Source of the DNA: Monosiga brevicollis MX1
Lineage: Eukaryota
Assembly (NCBI RefSeq): GCF_000002865.3
Contig: NW_001865039.1
Location: 2,212,438 to 2,276,437 of the forward strand
Length of the DNA: 64,000 nt
Reading direction: 5' to 3'
In this document: one piece after another, positions 12,900 through 24,700 of the stretch
Layout: the number at the start of each line of letters is the position of its first letter
How positions within the stretch are numbered: position 1 is the stretch's first letter
Made by a program: the position numbers and the translations under genes
The notes under the pieces: model-generated
Seen by the model: the letters and a program-made list of their open reading frames with translations, nothing else
Databases searched by the model: none
Told to the model about the DNA's origin: nothing

Positions 12900-15432
12900 A
12901 TGAGCGCCCGTAATGAGGCCTCCGCTGCGGCGTCGGTAGAGCCCATTTTGCACACGTTCCCCAATGGCAGGTTTCGCTTGGACCCGCGCTTCTCGCCAGA
13001 CCGCGTCATTGGTAGCGGGGCCTACGGCATGGTTTGCAGTGCGCTGGACAGCGTGAGCCGCAAAAAGGTGGCCATAAAAAAAATTAGCTCGGCCTTTACC
13101 ATGATCCAGGTGGCCAAACGCACCTTGCGCGAAATCAAGCTGCTCAAGCACTTCCATGCTCACCCCAACATTGTGAGCATCCTCACCATTCAACGACCCC
13201 CGGCGACAACGGCCGACTTCAAGGACCTCTATGTCGTGCTCGAGCTGCAAGAGTGCGACCTGCACCGCATCATCCATTCGGACCAACCCCTGTCAGAAGC
13301 ACACGTGCGATATTTCCTCTATCAACTTCTCTGTGGTCTCAAGTACATCCATTCTGCCAACGTCCTGCATCGTGACATCAAGCCGGGCAACCTACTCATC
13401 AACAGCGACTGCTCCTTGCGCATTGGTGACTTTGGCATGGCCCGCGAAATGGCCTCCAAACCCGAACAACATCAAAATTTCATGACCGAATACGTGGCCA
13501 CCCGCTGGTACCGTGCACCAGAGGTGCTGCTCTCCTTTGATCGCTACACTCAGGCCATCGACATGTGGTCTGTCGGCTGCATCCTGGCTGAAATGCTGGG
13601 CCGACGCCACCTTTTCCCCGGCAAAGACTACCTTCACCAGCTCGGTCTCATTCTGTCGCTGCTGGGCAGCCCTTCGGAAGATGTCCTTGACCGCATTGGT
13701 AGCTCCCTGGCCCGCCGATGCCTGCAAAATTTTCAGAACATTCCAGCCCTCGACCTCCATACCGTGTTCCCCGACGCGCGCCAAGACCTTCTCAACCTCT
13801 TGTCCCTCATGCTGACGTTTGACCCCGAGCAGCGCGTCACCGTGGACCAAGCTCTGGAAAATCCGTTTTTCCAGGGACATCGCCGCCCAGACCTTGAGCG
13901 TGTCTGTGAACCCTTTAGCTTTGACTTTGAGGTAGCATCGTTGTGCCAGCCTCTGTTGGATCTCATTGTTTATCATACTATAATCGCCACTCTTCTTCTT
14001 GTATTCATGCGATGAACCTCACTCACCTTTCAGGAGCGAGACGTTGGACTTGAGGAGCTACAGAAAATGGTCCACGACGAGGCCCTTGAATATCACACTC
14101 CAGGCACTCGTGTACGTTGTACCTTTTCCCCCCTCAAACTCGCGAGACGGGCGCCCACCCTGCGCTTCACTGCAGAGTTGACGGCAACTCTTGTGCCCTA
14201 CAGGCCTTTTTACATGCCCAAATGGCACTCCCCAAAGTGACTGTGCGAAAGCGAACGAGCTCCGGCCCAAAGCAGGGTGCTACCAATGGTGCAAGCACCC
14301 ATGGTGACGCAACCCCGCGGCCAGCTACCAATGCACCGGCCAAGGCGGCGACCACTACCACCAATGCTCGCATCAGCTCGGAAGATGCTGGCAAGGATGC
14401 CGACAAGGGCGAGCAGGTGAGCTTACTCATTCTACTTGTCGCGGCCATGGGTCCAGGCAAAGCGGATCTACCCTGCACATTTGACCTGCACCTGCATTGA
14501 TCCCACAGCCGGCCAAAAAGCGCAAGCCTCGCCCTCTGAACAAGGTCATTCACCCCGAGATGAAGCCCCAAGAAGAGGAGAAACTCAACAACTTTCGGCG
14601 CCGTTTTCAGCAAGGGTATCCGGTGAGTGTCTTTGCGAACCACGGAAGTGCCACGAGCACAGCTTCGCTTGCGAACTGTGCCTACATGCAATCTTGCTCC
14701 TGTTCTTTGCGTAGAATCCTGCGCCAGAAAGCAATGAGCCTCCGGCACCGGAGAGCGAAATCAACACAACGGCACCCCCGCCCGACACCACCAAGACCCA
14801 GCCGGCGGCCGCGCTTCCCTCAACCACCACAGCGACGACGGGACTATCGACCACTGCATCCCATTCATCGGGTGATTCCTTTACTACGGCGGCATCAGCG
14901 CTTCTTCGCGATACAAGCTTTGCAGCCTCCGTGGCGACAGATGCCGAGCTTCTGCCAGATGGGATGACGCCTCTCACAACTGCGGATTTACTCGGTAACG
15001 CTTCCTGTTTTTTGTTGTTGTTTTTTTTGTTTGTTTTTTCTGTTTTTGGCTTTTTGTGTTTTTTCTGCTCGTCACGAACGCTTGTGCGCAAGCGCGAAAG
15101 TCACTTGAAACCCGTACTTTGCCTACCTAGGCTTGACGGCAGCCACCAACACCGATGCAAATCTGGCTCAAGTCATTGCGCCACTCGAGGCCGCGTCAGT
15201 TCTTTCCGCTCACCCCTCCTTGTCTTCAATTATGTCGGCTATGAGCAATGAAATTTGGCCCAGCTTCGTCTCATCCTTGTGGCCTGTCACTTATCCATCG
15301 GGCCCTGTCTCCCTGCCCGGCCTGGGACGTGTTGATAGATCTGCAACATTTAACATCACGGACGCGCCGGTTGATCTGGCACAGCTTGAGCGTGAACTAG
15401 AACTTGGCAGTCCGCTCGTGTTCAAGCGATGA
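12900..15432 (+). CDS. MAPK7: ERK5/MAPK7-type MAP kinase with long C-terminal tail
   Basis: Kinase domain on exon 12900-13931: GSGAYG, AKRTLREIK, HRDIKPGN, DFGMAR, HQNFMTEYVATRWYRAPE (TEY) and YTQAIDMWSVGCI. These match ERK5 better than ERK1/2. Further exons give a basic NLS-like PAKKRKPR and end at ...LERELELGSPLVFKR*. Confidence 0.88.
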
Positions 15433-15584
15433 GGATTTGGCTCCAGACCCTATGAAGAAAGTGAGAAAGTGGCGAAAAGGCACGAAAAAGAATGCACCGC
15501 TTGGTTGAAACCTCACCCGTTATTGAAAGCTGGATGAAATTGAGAGCGATAGTGAAGATGTCTGAATTCAATTTTGGCATGCGG

Positions 15585-17738
15585 TCAGTGCGCCGCGACC
15601 TCTGTGCGCAGCACGGAGAGGATGCGCTCAATGTCAACAGGGCTGGCTGGCGCAGCATACGCAGTATGATTACCAAAGGGAAGCCCGATATAGCGCAAGC
15701 CCAGACTGGCGGCCAGATGCTCATAGTAGCTTGCATGGGGCTGGGTCAAGCGCCACTCGACGACCAGGGTCCCAGGTCGCATCACAATAGCATTGGCCAA
15801 ACCAGCCCCGTGTACTCCGATGACGACATCGGCGCGCCTGAACTTGTGCATGATATCTCGCACGTTGGGCACGGGATCGTCGCCCATGATATCCATGTGC
15901 AGGCGCAGGTCTTGTTGCTGTGTTTGCTTCACCTCGGCACTCAATGCAATCAGGAGTTGTTGCTCGTTGCTTATCCGTCGAGTGACTGCTGTGCGCCGCA
16001 GCACCAAGAGAACGTGCAAGCAGGCTGAAGCGCAGTCTTCGTCTACAAATAGACGCGGTTGAAGGCGCTGGCGCAAGTACTGCAACACACTCGATGGAGG
16101 ATAATGCAGCATGTAGTCATCCCACGAAGCTTGATCCCCCTCATATCCTGGACGATCCGTCTGGACAGCCTGCCACTCAACACGAACCAGCTGTTGAACT
16201 TGCAGGCGCGCGTCACCCGATCCCCAGAAAGCACCGTGGGAAATGGAGCGCATGTCATAGGGCACCCATGGGTAGTCGGCCAAGCCAACGAGGGCGAGCA
16301 GCTCAACCATGAATCTGATGGGCAAATGGGCAAGGGCGGGGGGGTGCTGATTAGCGTGTGAAAATAGACATTCAAGATGAAGAGAAGGCGTGAAATGACA
16401 AATGGTCAGACGGTCAGAACCATATACAAATGTGCCCACCCAGCCACCCTCTCACCGTTTACGCTGCCCATGAGCGGTCGGCAGTAGGAGGGGTCGACCG
16501 GGATACCACTCTACCGCAATCAAAATTCGGGGAAGAACGTCGAGCAGGAAGTGGTAATAACCCACAGCAAAGGTTTGCACGCCTGATATCAGAGTGGGAT
16601 GGTACGGAATGCTGGGTGGGACCTGCAAAGCCGGGCTTGCTTGTCGATGGAGGGCGGTCTGGGCCCCAAGACTGGGTGGCACCAGCCGCCAGCCCGACTC
16701 TGGGCTGTGCTGGCCCACGATCCCGTCATTGCCCCATAGAGCGACATCTGACCAACGACAGACCGTGACCTCGCGTTGCACCAACGGCTTCACATGAGAG
16801 TACAGGGATGGCGGCATCATCTCGTTAGCCAGCACCACAGCTTCCTCACTGAGCTGGTGCGACCAGTTTGCCTGCCCCGTGCCAAGTCGAGACACGGGGT
16901 GGCAGACGGGTGGTGAAGATAACGAAGGTGCGTTTACCGCCAGCGGCAGCCCACGCTTGGCCCACTGCCCTGCGGCGCTCAAGTTGGAGAGTGCATCATG
17001 CACGCAGTGGGATGCCATTGACGGGGGGCAATCGGTATTGAGCTCCTCGGCTCGACCCAACTGATAATACAAGTGGGCACGTAAGCCAAATAGGTCAGGG
17101 GCTGGCAAGCTGTGCACCCATGTCGGCTCGAACGCTAAATGCAGAGCACGCCAGAAGAAGCGGCGGCCCGAAGCTGCATAGCCGGCTCGAAAGGCAAGGG
17201 TGCCAGCCTCCTCGAGATACCGCAAGCAGGATTGTAATGCAGTCCGCGCTGGGCTACCTGCTGACTTGACGTGGGAACACCGAGCGGCGGCCAGCTGTGC
17301 AAAAAGCTCCGAGGCCGGCTGCAGGTCTCCCAGCTCGGCCAGAACCCCGGCTAAGTTTTCTCGCACGGCTTCGGTCGCATGATGTTTGAGGGATGCAGCA
17401 AAGGCAGTGCGAGCGTCGTGGAGCTGGCCAGCACGCCATAGCCCTAAGCCTTGATGAAAAAGCAGCTCGCCTGCGTGGGCGGGTAGCTGGCAATGACGAA
17501 CGTCAATGGCCCGCGCCGCGGCAAGCACGGTCGACAAATAGGGTGATCGTAGCTCACGTTGCACCTCGGCCAGACGCACAATCTCCTTCCCGTGACACCA
17601 AGCACCCTGAGGCCGCTCTTGGCCGCTCTCAGCACCCTCCACCAGCACCGAAACCAACACCAGGATTAACACCATCATCAGCACCAGCCAATGGCGCAGC
17701 TTCGGCTCGGCTACACGCATCCTGCCGGTATTGACCAT
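15585..17738 (-). CDS. Signal-anchored TPR + glycosyltransferase family 61 (DUF563-like) protein
   Basis: Hydrophobic N-terminus (WLVLMMVLILVLVSVLV), TPR-like helices (FHQGLGLWRAGQLHDARTAFAASL; ENLAGVLAELGDLQPASELF), GYYHFLLDVLPRIL and FRRADVVIGVHGAGLANAIVMRPGTLVVE (GT61 HGAG motif). One intron at about 16325-16455. Confidence 0.85.
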
Positions 17739-18733
17739 ACATTTCAATCCAAGTCACCAAGCGCCTTCCTTTCCTCTTCCCATTCCCTCTTCCCAACACC
17801 CGATTGCCGCCCCCGAATTCATCTCATGCCCGCCCCCCGCCCCCGACCCTCGACGATCCGCAAAATGTTTTCGAGCGCAAAACACATGTCCGCAAAATGA
17901 GTCGTTCAAGGTGATGCGTGTCAACTGTTGTACACACGTTGATATGCCGTTTTAGTCATTGTCATGTTCGCCAACGGTCATACCACATGGAATACACCGG
18001 CTCTCGTCCGATCGCCGCAGTTAAGCCATGTTGGGCCATGCTAGTACTATCGTGGGTGACCAGATGGGAATACATGGTGCTGTTGGCCCCTTTAGCTCTT
18101 TTTTTTTTGTGCTGCTGAGCTGATGACGTTCTTGTTTATCCAGCATCCACATTCTTGTGAAGCTGCTTTCTTGAGTGAATGTACCACCATGCACGCCGTC
18201 CCCATCGAAGAGCGCTCTAACGTATAGCCGACCCGCCTGTCCGCGCAGTACCACGACCATCTTTTTGCGCTCGCTCACCTCCCCGGCCCGCACACCCCTC
18301 TCCCCAGAGCGAGCGCTCTGTCAAGCTTAACCCGTTGCCAGAAGGTGTACACCATGTTTATCTGACATTTCGATTTTAACTTTGAAGGAGGAAAGCCACG
18401 TCTCTCCCTCTTAAGACTCTCTCTCCATTTTTAATTTTGTTCAGCTGCTGATTCAGCCCCTTGTCTCTCTTGCTTTCTTACGCTGTTCTGTGTGTTTGCA
18501 GAGAGGAACGCGCTGAGTGGGGTGTGGCCGGGGCAGAGCTGGACAGTTGAAGCGGTCGGTCACGTCTGCTGTGCTGCAAGAGGATCTTGCCTGTTTTCTG
18601 CGTGGTTTGGCCTTGTTGCTGGGTGGCGCATAGCGCTTTGATTGTGGGGGGTGGGAGGGGGCCTTCCCTGCCTCTCTTGGGGCCGCGCTGCAATCGGTGC
18701 GTTCGGTGGCACCCGGGAACGGGAAAGGCTGCC

Positions 18734-21700
18734 ATGAGTTTGCAAACAGCTTCCGACCCAGCCGACACGGCGCCTGTCTACTTGGATGGTCCCTTTGATG
18801 CCGCCAACGAGACAGATTTGATTCATCTCAATGGCTCCTTCCTGGGTGCCTTTCATGCCAGCGCCGACGACATTACTGAATACACGACCCGCCTTCGGGA
18901 CGTCCTCGCTGATTTGCGCGAAGCTGGTGACGCTGATGCCATCCAAAACGTCTGCAAATATCTCGACCAATATTTTGGCCTCCAGAATCAGATTTCAGGT
19001 CGCAGTACCCTGTCGTGGTGGGAGGCGGTCACAAGCGAGCCACGCATCTTCCCCCTCGTCTTCCAACCGCAGGACCTCCTCGAAGTAGACGCTGGCCAGC
19101 GCAGCACGGGCCCTCCAAGTCTCTCAGAGGCCGCTGCAGATGCCTGCTTCCATCGCTTAGCATCCATCCATGGTGCCTTGAGCAACACCCCCCATACCTT
19201 TCCTCCAGACGTGCGTCGCTGTTGCGACTGGATTGCTGAAGGTTACAGTGGCTACATCGCCGCTCTCCTGGATCTAGGTGATCCGGCTCTTTGCCAGTCC
19301 CGTTGGGAGCGTGCACTGATCCTTCGTCGCCATGGCGTCACACTCCTCGTGGGCTTGGCGGCCTCCATTCATCGCGCCGACCGTACGGGCTTGGATAAAA
19401 TCATGGGCGGTACCCCATATATTACCCCCACCCTCAACGTCAGCCCCTGCGCCCCCGAGGACGTCTCCCGCGTGCCCTTTTCCGCGATTGCCGTGCGCCT
19501 TCTAGCCCAGCGGCTCTTCGATCGGGCCATTGACCCTGTCAGCGTTATGATTGCCACAAACAACCAAGTAAGCAATACTCCAATGAGACTTGCCAGGCCG
19601 TGGGCTGTTCGAACCCTTGCCCCCACCATCACCAGCTCGACCCCTCCCACCTTTCCCATACACCTGCTTGCTTGATTCATTGTACGAATGGTGGATCCTG
19701 CAAATTGTAGGCAACTTGTGTCTTTCGCGTGTTTCCGCCAGGCCCCCGTTTGCAGCCCATTCTTCCGGCTCTGACAAAAGCTCGAGCGGATGACTCTGGC
19801 CTCGTGTCTGAGCTAGCAGCTCTCTTCCTCCTCCTCAATTTGCACGACCCCGCTGGTGCGTCACTTGTCTCAAAACGAGAACCCTCGCGCGCGCGCGAGA
19901 AAAAGGCTTTTCCCTTCCTCACAAGCGCTTCTTCTCCTTTCTCCTTCCGCAGGCTCCATGCATTTGGATCTAAAGTCGGGTCGGGTCCAGGCCAAAGATG
20001 TCACTCTCAGCATGCTTCACAACATTGTCGAGCACACACCGACAGGCAAGGTACTGCAGTGGGCCAATCCATTTCTGGCCCTGCCCAGCATTTTGGCCTT
20101 GCCCCTCCACCCCCGTGTTCGAGCCCGACTGGCCACGTTTGCTCCTGCGACTACCTTCCTAGCTTGGCTGGCTGATATTCTACACCTCCGCGGTTCGTAT
20201 TGGCCCGACCGCCTCGCGCTGGCCAAGCCTAAGTCATCTAGTTTGCGTGTCGTGCTAGCGCGTTCAACTTGATGTTTGCTCCTTCCAATATCTGACCGCC
20301 AGCCTGCTTGCGGGCATGCACACCCCATCTCACAACCACCTCCGTCCCGCTGGGCCTTGCACAGACGACCTAGAGCGCCTCATGGAGCTGGGCGCGCTCA
20401 ATCCCTCGGCCAGTGACATGGGCTACGATGCGATTCGTCAAGGCACCATCATTCGCCTCTACCGCACAGCTGAAACCCTGGCCGCTACCTGTCGCCGCGA
20501 AGGGCCACTTACCATTGGCGATCTCTATCGCCAGGCAGCGCCCACGGCTATGCGAATGGTTGAACAGCTACATGACTCCATGAGCCCCAACCAGGTTTGT
20601 AGCTTGCCTAGATGCCTCCAAGACATCTTGAATGCTTTCACCGATGGCGCCGGCCACTTTTTTTTTTTTTTTTCTATAAATTTTGGTTGACCTTGTCGTC
20701 TCCCTGATGTGTATTAGCATTATCAATTTTCAAAGCTTCACAACCTCACACCCCCGCTCTTGCTCCTCGTTTCCTTAAACCGGTTGACAGGTGTGGCAAA
20801 CCATCTGCCGAGGTCACCAGGACGCTGCAGCGGCTCAAGGAGAGCTGCCCACTACCTTGGCACACCAGAGCAGCCAAAACGCTTTGGCCCATGACCTCCG
20901 AGCTGAGCATTTCATACCACGGGCCACTACCACTCAGCCTCTCCTCAAGCCAGACGCTCTCACCTGTCTGTGCAACATGACCACCGTAGCTGCGGTTGGG
21001 GAGCTCTTGTTTGCCCTCTGTCTGGACGCGCGTGAGCGCCACCCTTTGGCCCCTTACACGAACATTCAAAAGCTTTTCATGACCGAGCTGCTCAGCGAAC
21101 ACTTTTCTGAAATGACACTGCATACCCTGCCGTCGTATTGGAACGATGCAAACCTGTTTCACGCCATCCTGCAAGCTGCCACCGCGGAGCACGTCATCGG
21201 GCCCCGAGTGTTGTGGATGTTTCGCGACTTTGTCAACGCCTGGTCGGATAATGGCCAAACACCCCTGCATCAGCTGTTGAAGCGCAGTGCAAGTGACGAC
21301 ATACACCTTGTCATACAGCAAATCAATTACCTCCTTGATCTGGGCGCGGACATTGATGGAGCCAACAGTCGCTTCGAAACACCCGTCGATCTTGCTTTTG
21401 AAATGAACAAGGACATTTTTGTCGTGCTAGTTGGTGCAGGCGCCTGTGGCGGCCGGAAAACGGACATGCTCAAAAACGCTCTTCTTCAGCTGGAAAGAAA
21501 CAGTGCCAGCTTCAACCCAGCCCTGCTGAAGGCCATCCACACGCTTGCTGATCGCAACCGCCGTTTGAATTGGGAAGCCGCCCTCAGCCATCTCTTGCCC
21601 ACGCGCCTCGCCAATCGCCAGTCCGAAACAAGCTCCCTCAAGCTCATTGCCATTGACCGTGAGGAGCGCCACGTGCCCGAGTGGGTAGAGCACCTGACGT

Positions 21701-24700
21701 ACCAGGGTGGCCCGCGCCGAGAGTCGCACCTGTACGGCCGCCGCCGTGTGAGCATCGCCGCCAGTGATGGACAGATTGATCTGGCCCTCGCCTTCAAAGA
21801 CCGGCCTGAATTTCCGTGCCTTGAGATGGTGGCCGGCGAGTTTTCACGTCGCCTCTTTGGCGAATGGCTTGCACCCTTTGCCAACTTGTTCATGGTTAAT
21901 GGTGAAGTCCCTCAGCTGATCAGTCAACGTATCCGGGGCGACAACCTGCACCAGGTCTTACTGGACGATGCTCTGCGCTTGCAGCTGCTTGATGAGCGTT
22001 ATCTGAGCATGGCCTTTATCAACGCCATGCTTCTCCTGCTCGAGGATGGCAAACCAGACCAGTACATCGTTGAGCAGGTCGAAAACGGACTGTACCGACT
22101 CGTATGCATTGACAACGAGCGGTGCTTCTGCCCTACCGAGCTCTCCAGTGACATGCAACGTCACCTCAAAAAGCATCCCGCTCTCTCAGCCTGCCGACCG
22201 AAAAATGTGCTCTTTTGTCTCCCGCAAATGGCCGCTCGGGTTCACCCCGAAGTTCGATTGCAGCTTCTGCAGCTGGATGTGCCCCAATTCGTACTCATGT
22301 GGTTGCGCAAGAGCGTTAACATCGCCGTCAATGCACAGGCCTACTTCGAGCGGGGCATTGACGAACTGATGGACCATCCAAAGCGGCCCACTATTCCAGC
22401 TGTTCCCATGCGCCCCAGCCTTGCCCTCGAGGTCATCCAGAAACTGCGCTGGATTCAGTACACACTACAAGTTTTGGGCGACGAAGCCACGCACCTGGAC
22501 CTCCTCATGGCCACGGAGCCCCAGCTGGGGCAACATTATCAACAAGTGCTTCACGAGCACGATCTCTCCATCCTGCAACGCTTCGATCTGGCAGATGGCG
22601 ATGCCTTCGAAAAGTCGACGGACCAGTCGGGATACACCACTCGGGTGCCTTGGGATGCCTTTGTGGCCCTCCATAACGTTTTTGAGCCGCAATTCATCTC
22701 CTCAACTGTCCTGACGCTGACCGAGAACTCACCGCTACAGTGCAGCGAGAACTGCGACTCTCTTGGGCGGGAAATCTTGAATCTGCAAACGATAGGCCAG
22801 CAGCGCTGCATGCTCACTGAAGAGGTGCGCGTGGTCAAGAGCCTCTTGGCGGTGACCGAAGTTGAACAACTGTTTGCCAATTTTGACTTTCGCCTCTTGC
22901 GCGATCGCAGTCAGCGCAAGGCCGTGCTGGGTGAGCTGGCCAAGCGCCAAGTGCGCCACCTCAGTATAAAGCACTGCTGCGATCTCAGTGATGGTGATAT
23001 TCCTCGCCTGTTCCACCTTGGGTCGTTAATCAGACTGGATCTGACTGGCTGCAATGCCATCCAACTCACTCCGCGCCTGCTCAAAGCTCTTGGCACGCGT
23101 TGTCAACTCCTCCGCGACCTGATTCTCGCGGGCCTGACACGTCCCACCGCCTTTGAGGTCAAAACCCCCGGCTTGGATACCTTCCCCAGTCTGCGCTTGC
23201 TAGACCTGCGCGGGTGCAGTGCTCTACAGCTGGTGGCTCTACGAGCCCCTGAGCTGATCAAAATCAACATTGGCGATTGTCCGAATCTACGCGTCGTCGC
23301 CATCTCCACCCCCAAGCTGGCTCAGGTTTGTGCATGCTGCCTCGGCCATTCGCCCATTGCCACTGTCATTTCATGGCTCGTAGTTTCTCTGGACTCATGG
23401 TCGTTTTCTCTTTGCTTTGGTGTGAATCTGCGTGTGCGTTCTGAACTTTTCCATTCATTTAGTTGGACTGCGAAGGCACGCCCTTGGACGTGCTCAAGGC
23501 CGAAGCAGATTTGCCAGGCCAAAGCCTCGTGGCCCTCGCGCAGCGTGAGCTGCGAGAGCTGCGAGAGAAGAACGTGATTAATCTGTTCCGTTCCTCTGTC
23601 GACTTGAGTGAAGAGGAGTCAGCCCCAACAGCCATTGATGAACTCCGTCAGAACTCGATACGCTTCTGGATTCGGTTCGTCACTCGTTTTGTGTTGTTTG
23701 ATTGTTCTTTCTTGGGGGTGGTTCTGATTTTCACGACTTTTACCTCACAACAGCTTAACTTGCTTGTCCCACCTCCTTCCAATGGCAGCAACGTGGTTGA
23801 GCCACCCTCGGACCGTGCGTGCTTTGAGACGATGCCTGCGGCTACCAAGACCCTTCTGAAGAGCAACGTACAGCACGGCATTCCTGATGAGCTACGCGGT
23901 ACTTGACTTGGCACCGACCCACACACGCACACACGCACACCTCTTGGATCCCTTGATTTCAGTCTATCTGGCCGCCCTAGCTATTGCACTGATTGCTCGC
24001 TGCGGACTTATCTGAACTGCATACAGGTGTGGTATGGCTGCGTTTGACGGGTGCCTTTGATTTGCTTCAACGGGACTCGGAACTGTACACTCGGGCGCTT
24101 TCCCAACGATTTGGTGAGTTTCATGTTCTCTGGGCTCCATTCTGGGCTCGAGGCAAGATCCTTTTTCTTTGGGGCTATCTTCTGCTCATCTGTTATATGT
24201 GAACAGGTGGTGACAGCGCACATCACATTGGCAATGCCCGTGCACCCCACTTCGGCATGTGGCACGACTTGACCCACTACAACCTGACGACAGACCAGAC
24301 CATGGCATATCACCGCGTGTTGGCATGCGTTGCACAACAATTTCCACGTACGTTGGGCCGCATCCCTTTTGAGAGCGTTGGTCCCCCGGCTGGTCTTTGC
24401 TTCTCCCCATTTCTTGATCCACCCTATCAGCAGGCATACCCACAACCACCGTCCTGTTGACTCATCGAGCTTTTCTGTTCGTCTGAACGACAGATCGCCT
24501 CTATAGCCCGCTTTTGCCGGTCCTGGCCGCGGTAGCCCTTACGTGCATGTCCGAGGCCGAATGTTACGCGCTGTGCGCGCAGTTGGTGCAAAACCACTCA
24601 GACTTGGCCCTCACCCGAGCCCAAACATGGCAAATGGTCTTCACTTTTGATGCCCTGGCCACGGAAATTCTCCCTATGGCGCGGAGCAAGCTTTGCTCCT

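Noticed and set aside
13392..13976. Long antisense ORFs over MAPK, RasGAP and TK exons
   Set aside because: Expected shadows of GC-rich coding sequence.
18021..18293. 90-aa minus-strand ORF between GT61 and the TK gene
   Set aside because: No motif and a non-ATG start; likely intergenic or UTR.
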